A stretch of DNA of 64,000 bases, from positions 10,974,001 to 11,038,000 of the forward strand of contig OX597826.1 of NCBI GenBank assembly GCA_951406725.2. The letters are read 5' to 3'. This stretch comes from Octopus vulgaris. Lineage: Eukaryota. Both the position numbers and the translations under genes were made by a program. This document shows, piece by piece, positions 52,161-64,000 of the stretch; position 1 is the first letter of the stretch; every line of letters begins with the position of its first letter. The notes beneath the pieces are model-generated. The model did no database searches. It saw only the letters and a list, made by a program, of their open reading frames with translations, and was not told the DNA's origin.

Positions 52161-52348
52161 ATCCAAGAGTTGCTGATTGGCCCTTAATGGATGGAGTCTC
52201 AAATACCCTTGCATTATCTGGACTCTATCTTTTGATTGTCTGGTGTGGTCCTATGTACATGCACAAACGAAAGCCATTTGTTTTAAAATGGCCCCTATTC
52301 ATCTATAACATTGTACTAATTGCATTGAACTTGCATATATGTATTGAG
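52161..52348 (+). CDS. ELOVL4: ELOVL4-like exon, 188 nt (DPRVADWPLMDGVSNTLALSGLYLLIVWCGPMYMHKRKPFVLKWPLFIYNIVLIALNLHICIE)
   Basis: Typical ELO-family DxRVxxWPLM...GP.YM..RKPF...YN motifs, acceptor ttttag and donor GAG|gtaaat. Same length as the corresponding vertebrate ELOVL4 exon. Confidence 0.96.
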
Positions 52349-52397
52349 GTAAATGTTAACGAATCATTATTTTTTAATTTGATTTTTCTGTTCTTGT

Positions 52398-52619
52398 TAC
52401 TCTCTTTACTCTTTTTACTCTTTTACTTGTTTCAGTCATTTGACTGCGGCCATGCTGGAGCACCGCCTTTAATCGAGCAACTCGACCCCGGGACTTATTC
52501 TTTTGCAAACCCAGTACTTATTCTATCGGTCTCTTTTGCCGAACCGCTAAGTAACGGGGACATAAACACACCAGCATAGGTTGTCAAGCAATGCTAGGGA
52601 GACAAACACAGACACACAA

Positions 52620-52668
<49 letters not shown>

Positions 52669-52833
52669 TACGACGGGCTTCTTTCAGTTTCCGTCTACCA
52701 AATCCACTCACAAGGCTTTGGTCGGCCCGAGGCTATAGCAGAAGACACTTGCCCAAGGTGCCATGCAGTGGGACTGAACCCGGAACCATGTGGTTGGTAA
52801 GCAAGCTACTTACCACACAGCCATTCCCGCGCC
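52398..52833 (-). mobile_element. SINE family A, 50 nt downstream of the ELOVL4 exon donor
   Basis: Family consensus match, little divergence. Confidence 0.9.
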
Positions 52834-53290
52834 TATTACTGTATTATTATATAGTATAACTTGCGCCTGTTACTGTATGATTACATAGTATAACTTGTAG
52901 TTACCTTGTGCATGAAAGCAAAAGCAGGGTAGTGTAATTACTCGTCTTTGTCTGTGTGTTTGCGAAATTACTGGAAAATGGCTGAATGGATTTTCACCAA
53001 ATTTGGCAAAAATGCTCATTGGGTGAATGGCTTGAAATGGTTAAAATTTGGATTGATTATCTTTAAACATACATAAAATACACACATAGATATGTAATTC
53101 TATGTGTGTGTGTGTGCATGTATATATGAGTGTATGTGTACAGTGATGAACTTGAGCGGTTTCATTTATTTACGAGATGATTTCTTAATTTTACCAGAGT
53201 ATAAATACCTGTAAAGGTGATACTTAAAAATAAAATTAAAAGATCAAAAATATCAATTTTACAAATTTCCTGATAAGCAAATGGTCATAT

Positions 53291-53770
53291 TTACTCTCTT
53301 TACTCTTTTACTTGTTTCAGTCATTTGACTGCGGCCATGCTGGAGCACTGCCTTTAGTCGTGCAAATCGACCCCAAGACTTATTCTTTGTAAGCCTAATA
53401 CTTATTCTATCAGTCTCTTTTGCTGAACTGCTAAGTTACGGGGATATAAACACACCAGTATTTGTTGTCAAGCGATGTTGGGGGAGACAAACACAGACAC
53501 ACAAACATATACACACACCTACATATATATATAACGGGAAGCTTTATGAAAATAGACAAAAGACGAAGGCAGGTGGAATACAAACAAACAATTGTATATA
53601 TATATATATACGACGGGCTTCTTTCAGTTTCCGTCTACCAAATCCACTCACAAGGCTTTGGTTGGCCTGAGGCTATCGTAGAAGACACTTACCTTAGGTG
53701 CCATGCAGTGGGAATGAACCCAGAACCATGTGGATGGTAAGCAAGCTACTTGCCACACAGCCACTCCTGT
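53291..53770 (-). mobile_element. SINE family A with a short Penelope-type insert in its TA repeat
   Basis: Family consensus match. Confidence 0.88.
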
Positions 53771-55794
53771 TTATATCCTGCAATGAACTATAGTATGTTT
53801 GATTCACCTGCCGTCATTGAAAACACTTCTCAAATTCTATGCAATATTTTCTATAAGTATTTCATTTTGTTCATTTTCTTTTTCATTATCATGATTATTA
53901 TTTGAATAATCATTTATTTAGTAATATGCAAATTTTACTCATATGCAAATTGTATGTTGAACTTTCCTAAACAACCTTTGATTTTCTTTGTCAACTTCCT
54001 ATTAAACTATCTTTTCATTTCTTTGACGATATGTCCTTTAACTTCAATCTTGTTTTGGGATAATTATTAATATTTATATTTTAACTTGGTCACATGCAAT
54101 GAAAACATTTAGCTGTAGGCAGGATATGCTTTGTTCCTCTGATGTCTTTTCTTTCCATTGTGCATGTTTTTTTGTGTGCTGTACGTCTATAGTTGTATGT
54201 TTTGAACATATCAAATATTAGGCATTAATTGTTCTCTGTTACATGTAGCATATTTTATATGATATCAAGTGCAGATATTAGCTGGTTCAATTCTTCTGTG
54301 TGGCACCTTGGATAAGTGGATTTTACTCTAATCCTGGGCCACCCAAAGCCTTGTGGGTGTATTGGAAACTGAAAAGAAAACCTCTTTGTGTGTTTGTGTG
54401 TATTTATAAGCACCCAAAAAGCACTGGTGGTGATGGTGTCATATAAAAATCACTGGTACTGGTGCCATGTACAAAACAAAAAGTACACTCTGTAAAGTGG
54501 TTGGCATTAGGAAGGGCATCCAGCTGTAAGAACCAAACTCAGACTATGGAACCTGGTGTAGATTTTGGTCCCGCCAGCTTCTGTCAAGTCGTTCAAATCA
54601 TGCCAGCATGGAAAACAGATGTTAAATGATGAGGATGATATATATATATAAGTTAAAAAACATAATATATATATATAAGCATAAACAAATGGAAAACAGA
54701 CATGGAAGGTTGCCAAGTCCTCGTCAAGTTATTGGACAAAGTTATTGCTCATCAATTTTGCAACTTTAATGCTAATACCAAGACAGACAGATATAATATT
54801 TAAGCATATAGATTATATGTTTAAATATTATATCTGTCTGTCTGTCTGTCTAATAACTGATGAGGATTTGGTGAACACATATATACATATATTCATTCAC
54901 ATATATTATGAATATGTGAATGAATACACAAATGAATACATGTGTATGTATGTTTGTATTTCTCTGCATGTGTGTGTGTGTGTGTACGTGTTTGTGTGTA
55001 TATGTATGTGTTTGTTTGTGCTTATATATATTATGTGTTTTTTTAACTTATATATATGTATGTATATACAGAGAGTATACTTTTCCTGTAGTGAAGGCGC
55101 ATGGCTCAGTGGTTAGAGTGTTGGACTCGCAATCATGAGGTAGTGAGTTCGATTCCTGGACTAGGCTGCATTGTGTTCTTGAATATGACACTATTTAACT
55201 TTACTCCAGTTCACTCAGCTGTAGAAATGAGTTGCAATGTCACAGGTGCCAAGCTGTATTGGTGTTTGCCTTTCCCTTGGACAACATTGGTGGCACGGAG
55301 AGGGGGAGACTGGTATGCATGGGTGACTGCTGGTCTTCCATAAACAACCTTACCTGGACGTGTGTCGCAGAGGGGAACTTTCATGACTGAATGGGGTTCT
55401 TTTATGAAGTGATCATGCATTATCTCATAACTTCAAGATTTCAATGATATGATTGTATAATTGTCGAGAGACATTATAGGGTAGGTGTGTCCTGTTAAAT
55501 CTACCCAGTTTGAACATAAAATAAGTGGAATATTTGGGCTAGATATTGCTGGTTTAAATTCTAAAGGCTTAAGATGTAATTACCTATTTCAAACTCACTT
55601 TACAGGATCTAGATATGGGTTATAGAGCAATACTTATATAACAATTCACGTATCAAATAAATTTAGGTGAGGTAGTAATACAAAACTGACAAAATATAAT
55701 TAAGACATTGAATGTAACTTCAGAATTTTAGAAGCTAAAAATAGAGGAATTGAGCAGAAATGTAGTTGAGTTAGGTAAGATTAAAGTGAAATGA

Positions 55795-56012
55795 ACTCTT
55801 TTACTTGTCTCAGTCATTTGACTGTGGCCATGCTGGAGCACTGCCTTTTTTTAGTCGAGCAAGTCGACCCCAGCACTTATTCTTTGTAAGCCGAGTACTT
55901 ATTCTATCAGTCTCTTTTGCCGAACCGCTAAGTTACGGGAACGTAAACACACCAGCCTCGGTTGTCAAGTGATGTTGGGTGGACAAACACAGACGCACAA
56001 ATATATACACAA

Positions 56013-56075
<63 letters not shown>

Positions 56076-56798
56076 ACACACACATATATACGACAGGCTT
56101 CTTTCAGTTTCCGTCTACCAAATCCACTCACAAGGCTTTGGTCGCCCCGAGGTTATAGTAAAAGACACTGGCCCAAGGTGCCACGCAGTGGGACTGAACC
56201 CGGAGCCATGTGGTTCATAAGGAAGCTTCTTACCACACAGCCACTCCTACGCCTATAAGTATAAGTAGAGTATGTAAAATGAGCAATTGGGAAACGCTAT
56301 TTAGTATATAATGTGACAGTTTTAGGTTCAGTAACCCTGAAGCATTCTTGCAATTCTGCACCATGGTTTTTCTGATAATTTTTCCACATATAGAGTGGCG
56401 CAGGAGTGGCTGTGTGGTAAGTAGCTTGTTTACCAACCACATGGTTCCGAGTTCAGTCCCACTGCATGGCACTTTGGGCAAGTGTCTTCTACTATAGCCT
56501 CGGGCCGACCAAAGCCTTGTGAGTGGATTTGGTAGACGGAAACTGAAAGAAGCCCGTTGTATATATGTATATATATATATATACGTGTGTGTGTTTGTGT
56601 GAGTGTGTTTGTCCCCCTAGCATTGCTTGACAACCGATGCTGGTGTGTTTATGTCCCCGTTACTTAGCGGTTTGGCAAAAGAGACCGATAGAATAAGTAC
56701 TGGGCTTACAAAAGAATAAGTCCCGGGGTTGAGTTGCTCGATTAAAGGCGGTGCTCCAGCATGGCCGCAGTCAAATGACTGAAACAAGTAAACGAGTA
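55795..56798. mobile_element. Divergent pair of SINE A copies (55795-56254 -, 56396-56798 +)
   Basis: Family consensus match. Confidence 0.9.
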
Positions 56799-57190
56799 TT
56801 GATAATAATTAGATGTTTATAAGTTTACAAAAGCTGACTCTGATAGGAGTTGCTCGCTTAAAAGCAGTTTTCAAATTGCTATTTGAGACTTTGTTATTCA
56901 CTGTCTGAAGAGACAGAGTTTAATTACAAACACACACATACATACAAATATTGCACCACCCTCATACGTATATACATATACCTATACATAAACATATATA
57001 TAGAGATGTATACATGCATACATATGTACACGTGTATACACACACACACACACCAAAACAGGACCATTACGCATACATGCACACAGAGAAACACGAACAT
57101 ATATATATACATATATTCATTCACATATATTATGAATATGTGAATGAATACACAAATGAATACATGGGTATGTATGTTTGTATTTCTCTG

Positions 57191-57226
<36 letters not shown>

Positions 57227-57323
57227 TGTTTGTGTGTATATGTATGTGTATGCATCCCTCTCCCTCTCTATAATGTATATATGTGTGTGTGTTTATGTGT
57301 ATATGTATGTGTCTCTCTCTCAG

Positions 57324-57359
<36 letters not shown>

Positions 57360-57360
<1 letters not shown>

Positions 57361-57774
57361 CTTTATATATAAAAGTCAAGTTGTGTGTCTGTCTCCTCCA
57401 ATTTAGATTCCTAACTACTCCCACATTTTGCGGTACAGTGTAACCAAAAGCGGGTATCTTATAGTCGTGATTCATATCGAGCCCTTCTGGGTATTAGCGC
57501 ACGTCTACGATGAGTCTACGATTTAAAAAAAAATTTACCATCATTTTTTTCCCATTTTAATGCATTTTTCCCCATTTTAATGTATTTTTTTGCTATTATA
57601 TAAGGGAAGTAACTCTCTAAAAATGTATTATTAAATCTCAGAACGTAAAAAGCTACAGTAACACCCCCCCTTGTGGTTAGCCATATTGAGATGGCTATTA
57701 TACTTTACATCTCTAAAAATGCTTATATAGTTATTTCCCTTACAAACCCGAGCAACGCCGGGCGATACTGCTAG
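57360..57774 (+). mobile_element. Non-autonomous Helitron, family H2
   Basis: TCTTTATATATAAAAG start, CCCGAGCAACGCCGGG hairpin, CTAG end, inserted in a TA repeat. Confidence 0.8.
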
Positions 57775-57971
57775 TATATATATATATATATATATATATG
57801 TTTATGTATGGGTATATGTACATGTATGTGTGTGTTAGTGTTAGTGTATGTTTGTAATTAAACACTGTCTCTTCAAACAGTGAATAACAAAGTCTCAAAT
57901 AGCAATTTGAAAACTGCTTAAAAGCGAGAAACTCCTATCAGAGTCACCCTTTTTAAGCTTATAAACATCTA

Positions 57972-58366
57972 TAGGCGCAGGAGTGGCTGTGTGGTAAGTA
58001 GCTTGCTTACCAACCACATGGTTCCGGGTTCATTCGCACTGCGGGACACCTTGGGCAAGTGGCTTCTACTATAACCTTGGGGTGACCAAAGCCTTGTGAG
58101 TAGATTTGGTAGACGGAAACTGAAAGAAGCCCATTGTATATATGTGTGTATATATATATGTGTGTGTGTATCTATGTGTATATGTTTGTGTGTCTGTGTT
58201 TGTACCCCCAACATCGCTTGACAACTGATGGTGGTGTGTTTACGTCCCTGTAACTTAGAGGTTTGGCAAAAGAAACCGACAATAAGTACTAGGCTTCTAA
58301 AGAATAAGTCCTGGGGTCGATTTGTTCAACTGGCTGCAGTCAAATAACTGAAATAAGTAAAAGAGT
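57972..58366 (+). mobile_element. SINE family A
   Basis: Family consensus match. Confidence 0.88.
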
Positions 58367-59804
58367 ATATATATATATATATATTTCTTTTAAATTTGTC
58401 TATGGGAAACATTGTGAATATGGAAATAAATCATCCTATTCTATTATGCTGGTTACAGTCTAATGATGCTGACTGGTGAACCAGTTTCTCAATTTTGCAT
58501 TGAGTTGTACCTAAAATAAAGTAGAATAAACATAATACCCTCATACTGGTACAATGGTATGAACATCCCTCTGTTGTACGTCCATTAATGTTATATTGGC
58601 TGAAGGAATGACTCCATGAAGATGATTAACCCGATGCCCGTGGATACTACGGACTGTACTGTAGTCATCCCAGGAATACAGACTGTGATATCAAGAGATG
58701 TGATTTGTGGAAATGCAGGTACTGATTCATGAAATGTCTATGAATTCCATCCAAGGCTTATTGTTCTGTATGTATATATATGTATATATATATATGTCAT
58801 CATCATCATCATAGTTTAACATCGGCTTTCCATGCTAGCATAGGTTGGATGATTTGACTGAGGACTAGTGAACCAGATGGCTGCACCAGGCTCCAATCTT
58901 GATCTGGCAGAGTTTCTACAGCTGGATGCCCTTTCTAACACCAACCACTCTGAGAGTGTAGTGGGTGCTTTTATGTGCCACTGGCACGAGGGCCAGTCAG
59001 GCGGTACTGGCAACAGCCACGCTCAAATGGTGTTTTTTTACGTGCCACCTGCTCAAGAGGCAGTCCAGCAGCCCTGGCAATGACCTTGTTCGAATGTTTT
59101 TTTACATGCCACCAGCATAAGTGCTAGTAAGGTGATACTGGTAATGATCACGCTCGAATGGTGCTTTTTACGTGCCACCGGCACAGAAGCCAGTTAGCTG
59201 CTCTGGCAATGATCCCACTCAGATGGTGCTCTTAGCGCTCCACTAGCACGGATACTAGTCATCAAATTTGATTTCGATTTCACACACACACACACATATA
59301 TATATATCATGTTGTAATCCTTCAACCAGGAGAAAAGCACTTGATCAGCCGAGAGAGTAAAGATAATGTTATTATAAAAAGCCCACAAATCTTGTTAAAT
59401 ACAGCTACCCAGGGTATACTAATCGAAATAGTAATATATTTCATCATTTATTACGTTGGGGAACAAGACTGTCTTGTTCTCAACTTAATAAATGGCAAAA
59501 TAAATTAGTTTTTCAACCAGGGCATCTTGGGTTGGGTAGCTGTATTTAACAAGATTTGTGGTTTTTTTTTTATTATAACTGTGTGAATATATATATATAT
59601 ATATTCACACGTTATAATAAAAAATAAGAATGAAAAGCTTTTTAATACCAACAATCAACTTATATATATATATATACATATATGTGTATATATACATATG
59701 TATATACATGTATCACATATATATATGTATATATACACATATATACAAATATGTACATATATATATATATATATATATACATACATATATACATACATAT
59801 ATAT

Positions 59805-60188
59805 ATACTCTTTTACTCTTTTACTTGTTTCAGTCATTTGACTGTAGCCATACTGGAGCACCGCCTTTAGTCGAGCTAATCGACCCCGGGACTTATTCTT
59901 TGTAAGCCCAGTACTTATTCTATCGGTCTCTTTTGCCGAACTGCTAAGTGATGGGAACATAAACACACCAGCATCGGTTGTCAAGCAATGCTAGAGGGAC
60001 AAACACAGACACACAAACACACACACATACATACATATATATACATACATACCAAATCCACTCACAAGGCATTGGTCGGCCCAGGGCTATAGTAGAAGAC
60101 ACTTGCCCAAGGTGCCACGCAGTGGGACTGAACCCGGAACCATGTGGTTGGTAAGCAAGCTACTTACCACACAACCACTCCTGCGCCT
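59805..60188 (-). mobile_element. SINE family A
   Basis: Family consensus match. Confidence 0.88.
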
Positions 60189-61968
60189 GTAAATATATGT
60201 GTAAATAAATGTTTATAAACAATTACAAGTTTTCCAAATTTAGGTACATTTTGAACAACAAATTTGCCTGTTTTTCCCTTTATGGAAACACATCTCCCTT
60301 TTCCTATACACACACACACACACACACACACATATATCATTAATTCTGTTGTCTGTTGATGTTGACATTCATGCAGTGTTCGGTTTTTATTGTAGCAGCT
60401 GATGTGTATTAGTGAGCATATGTGAACGAGTGGCCCCATTCATAGGCTGACAGTGGAATGAAATATTGTTAATCAGGTTCACTATCTTCGTGGTGTAGAC
60501 GTGGTTTTATGGCTAAGAAGTTTGCTTTGTAGCCATGTGGTTTTCGGTTCAGTCCCACGATGTGGAACTTAGAGCAAGTGTCTTTTACTATAACCTCAGA
60601 TTAATTAAAGCATTGTGAGTGATTTGGTAGCCGGGAACCACAAGAAGTCCATCATAAATGTTTGTTTGTTTCTGTCCCTTTGTCTTAAAACTATTTGAAA
60701 TTTGTAAATGATTGTCCCTGTCATACAATCAGTGTAATTCATTTTTCATTTCCAGTCACATGAAATGTCATGATGACAGGGAGTTTACTCTATTGTTCAG
60801 TCTCACTATGTGGAATAACATGACTGGCCATGGATATTTATTACCTTGCTTGGATACAGGTGAGGTAAGGTGGCGAGCTGGCAGAATCGTTAGCACGCTG
60901 GGCGAAATGCTTAGCGGTATTTCGTCTGCCGTTATGTTCTGAGTTCAAATTCCGCCGAGGTCGACTTTGCCTTTCATCCTTTCGGGGTCGATAAATTAAG
61001 TACCAGTTACGCACTGGGGTTGATATAATCGACTTAATCGACACACACACACACACAACACACTCTATCTGGTATTCAAATAACTGTAACTCTATAGTAA
61101 CTGTTACTCATAAAAAAGAAATAAAAGAAAATGTGTCGCTAATTAGAGTCAAGAGAATTTGTGCTAATTTGTGTTAATTAATTAATTGTCATTGAGAGAG
61201 TAAGTATCTGTTGTATCTAAAATGGATCACTGCTTCTCAAACTAAAGTACATTGCTTTATTTTACTACATTTACAGTACCGATAGTGTATTGTGAAGGCA
61301 TGCGGCCCAGAGGTTAGGCTGTTGTACTCACAGTCACTAGATCATGGGTTCAATTCTCTGACTGGGTGGCGTGTTGTGTTCTTGAGCAAAACACTTTATT
61401 TCACATTGCTCCAGTACCCTTTCGATCAGGGTGGAATGCTGCCCTGCTTGCCTAGCCATCAGGGTGGTGTCATTTGATGGCTAAAGCAATGCAGAAGTGC
61501 ATTGTGACCAGTGAAGTGTTACATCTGACAGCCTGGTTCGTCACGTGATCATGTATTTAGGTTAATGAAACTTGTTCTTTATCTAAATTATGCTTTTATC
61601 TATTTCTTCTCTCATTTCTACTATATTCAGAGTATTAATTTCAAATTTTGGCACAAAACCAGAAATTTTGGGATAGGGTTAAATCAATTAAATTGACCCC
61701 TAATACTCAACTGGTACTTATTTTATTGACCCTGAAAGGATGAAAAGCAAATTCAACCCCAGCAGCATTTGAGCTCGGAATGATACAGAGCATCTCAAAA
61801 TAAGTACAGTAACGAAAGGGTTAAATAGTCACTAAATATACCAGTGAAACTTTATGGAATATACCAGTTTTACATATGAAGTTTTACATTTGAAGTGTTA
61901 ACACAAAGTACGAAGAAATGCTGCTAAAAATTTTGTCTGGCACAGTAATGGTTCTGCTAGCATGTTGC

Positions 61969-62198
61969 TTTAACCCTTTCGTTACTGTATTTATTTTCAG
62001 ATGCTCTCTGTTTCATTCAAATAATTTTAAATATAACAAAGAATTTAGTAAAAGAGCTTAGTTATCATTAAGCAAGTGTTAGGAACATAAATGTCGACTA
62101 AGGTTTGGTGGAAGATTTTAATTCAAAACTTTTGAAAACAAGACATTTGTACTCGGAGCCAGAGCCGGTTTCAGCTGGGTTGGTAACGAAAGGGTTAA
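61969..62198. mobile_element. TTAA MITE (family of 44311)
   Basis: TTAACCCTTTCGTTAC...GTAACGAAAGGGTTAA. Confidence 0.8.
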
Positions 62199-62434
62199 CT
62201 ATATTTGGAATATTAAGGATAATGTTGATGTATATACAGGGTTTTAATGAGTTTTGTAAGGTGATATGGTAATTTAAAAAAGTGATGATTAGATATTCAG
62301 AAAATCCAGTTATCCAACAACCTTCAGGTTCCAGTCGTGCCAGATAGGAGGGAGTTTACTGTATTTACTTCTGGTTTTTAAGATTCTCAGTTAAAATTTT
62401 GATTAACCAAAAATTAACCCTATCTAAGCACCCT

Positions 62435-62800
62435 TTCTTTTATCTTTAGCTTGTTTCTCTCGTAAGACTGCAGCCATGCTGGGGCACTGTCTTGAAGAAT
62501 TTTCAGTTGAATGATTCGATCCCAGTGCTTATTTTTATTCCATTGATCTCTTTTGCCGAACGGCTAAGTTATGGGGATGTAAACACACCAACACTGGTCG
62601 TCAAGCAGTGGTTGGGGACAAACATGGATATAAAGACACACACACACACATACAGTTTCCATCTACCAAATTCATTCATAAAGCATTGGTAAGACTGGTG
62701 CTATTGTAGAAGACACTTGCTGAAGTTGCTGTGCAGTGGGATTGAACTGAAAACCACATGGTTGCAAAGTTAGCTTCTTAACCACACAGCTATGCCCGCA
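62435..62800 (-). mobile_element. SINE family A (older copy)
   Basis: Diverged consensus match. Confidence 0.75.
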
Positions 62801-63169
62801 TTTTGCTTGGCTGGTTTGACAGGATCTGATAACTTGGAGGACTGTATTGTGCAAGTGTGGGTGGGTGTCAGTGGTTCCCAATCTGGGGTTCCGCAGAGGT
62901 GTAGTACCTGCGGTTCCGCAGAGGTGTAGTACCTGGGGTCTGTGGGAAGACTCATTTAAATAAAAGAGGTCCTTGGTAGTGAAAAGGTTGAGCACTACAG
63001 GTGTGTATGAAGAGTGAGATAGATGGGTGGAAGTAATTATGATGAGGATTTTTGAAATACATAAAAATTATTGAGTATTAGTTATCTCCCTTTGTTTTTT
63101 TTATTTTTTTGTTAGTTCAAATCCTACAGGAGATGACTTTTGCGTTTTGTTCTGCTGAGGTCTTTCAAA

Positions 63170-63542
63170 TCTCTCTCTATATAAACGGCAAAATGTCTGT
63201 CTGTGTGTATGTCCTTTATACAAATCCACAATTTTTCAGCTAGAGGGCTCGCACTTTCTATGGTCATTCAAAACCGTCCAAGGGTGGTCATGCACATCTT
63301 TACATTTCCCCAGTCACCCAGCAAAGCCATTAAAAAATCAATAGAAGTGACATTTTTTTGTGAATTTTCTATCCAAAACCCAATCAAAATACCTGAAACT
63401 TGATACGCCAATTGAATGCCAGCAAGCTGTATGTGATTGGTCGGAGAATAGGACAGTACTCGCATGTATGTGCGCACGCACGCACGCAGCTGTATATGCA
63501 TGCACAAGCACTATGACCCGGCAACGCCGGGTCATAGGCTAG
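63170..63542 (+). mobile_element. Non-autonomous Helitron H1
   Basis: TC...CTAG, A/T insertion site. Confidence 0.85.
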
Positions 63543-63771
63543 TGTACAGTTTAAAAAATGGAGTAAATTGGTTGAGAGGAGTAGAGAAAAAAAGTCTAAT
63601 ATATTGAAGCCAAGCTCTTTGTCAGAGAGTGTGATGATGCTATTCTGATGGTACCACACGAAGTATCTTCCTTTGTCTATAAAACTCATAATTATGCCAA
63701 TATGTGTGAAGTCATAATTATTTTCTTTTGCGACACTCCATGACTGATTGATCCTTTTATTCTTTTGACAG

Positions 63772-63852
63772 CTACTGATCGGATCCTACCGTGCTGGCTA
63801 CAACTACCTTTGTCAGCCTGTTTCATACAGCCTTGATCCAAACGAGATGAGA
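63772..63852 (+). CDS. ELOVL4: ELOVL4-like exon, 81 nt (LLIGSYRAGYNYLCQPVSYSLDPNEMR); gene continues beyond the window
   Basis: Acceptor tcttttgacag, donor AGA|gtaagt, phase 0/0. The GSY.AGY.Y.CQ.V.YS motif resembles ELOVL4. Confidence 0.95.
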
Positions 63853-64000
63853 GTAAGTATGACTTTTATGTTTTCTCATAAAATGTTTTTTAAAAATTTA
63901 TGAGTTTTAAATTTATGATCTTTGAATTGATATTTTATATAGAGGCGCAGGTGGGGCTGTGTGGTAAGAAGCTTGCTTCTCAACCACATGATTCTAGGTT

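Noticed and set aside
52349-52579. Extension of the ELOVL ORF to 142 aa in the ORF track
   Set aside because: Read-through past the GT donor into intron and antisense SINE sequence.

Overview
AT-rich, repeat-dense animal genomic DNA, most likely octopus (coleoid cephalopod) judging from its SINE and microsatellite content. The only well-supported host gene is the 5' part of a + strand fatty-acid elongase (ELOVL4-like). It has coding exons at 49453-49525, 52161-52348 (188 nt) and 63772-63852 (81 nt), plus a probable first exon ending at 20245 that lies behind a CCAAT/TATA promoter and a ~29 kb first intron. The rest is dominated by several tRNA-derived SINE families, non-autonomous Helitrons, TTAA MITEs, decayed mariner, maT, hAT, RTE, CR1 and Penelope remnants, and (TA)n/(CA)n microsatellites. 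Nearly all ORF-track entries are repeat artefacts. The most notable observations are: (1) a ~1 kb tandem array holding six perfect GGTCAnnnTGACC estrogen-response-element palindromes just upstream of the ATG-bearing ELOVL4 exon; (2) several short Penelope-type hammerhead-ribozyme elements in TA microsatellites, often as fold-back palindromes; (3) flip/flop loop isomers in a Helitron terminal hairpin; (4) a retroposon carrying a five-unit array of predicted pseudoknots; (5) head/tail shuffling among SINEs. Repeat coordinates were read by eye and are approximate.
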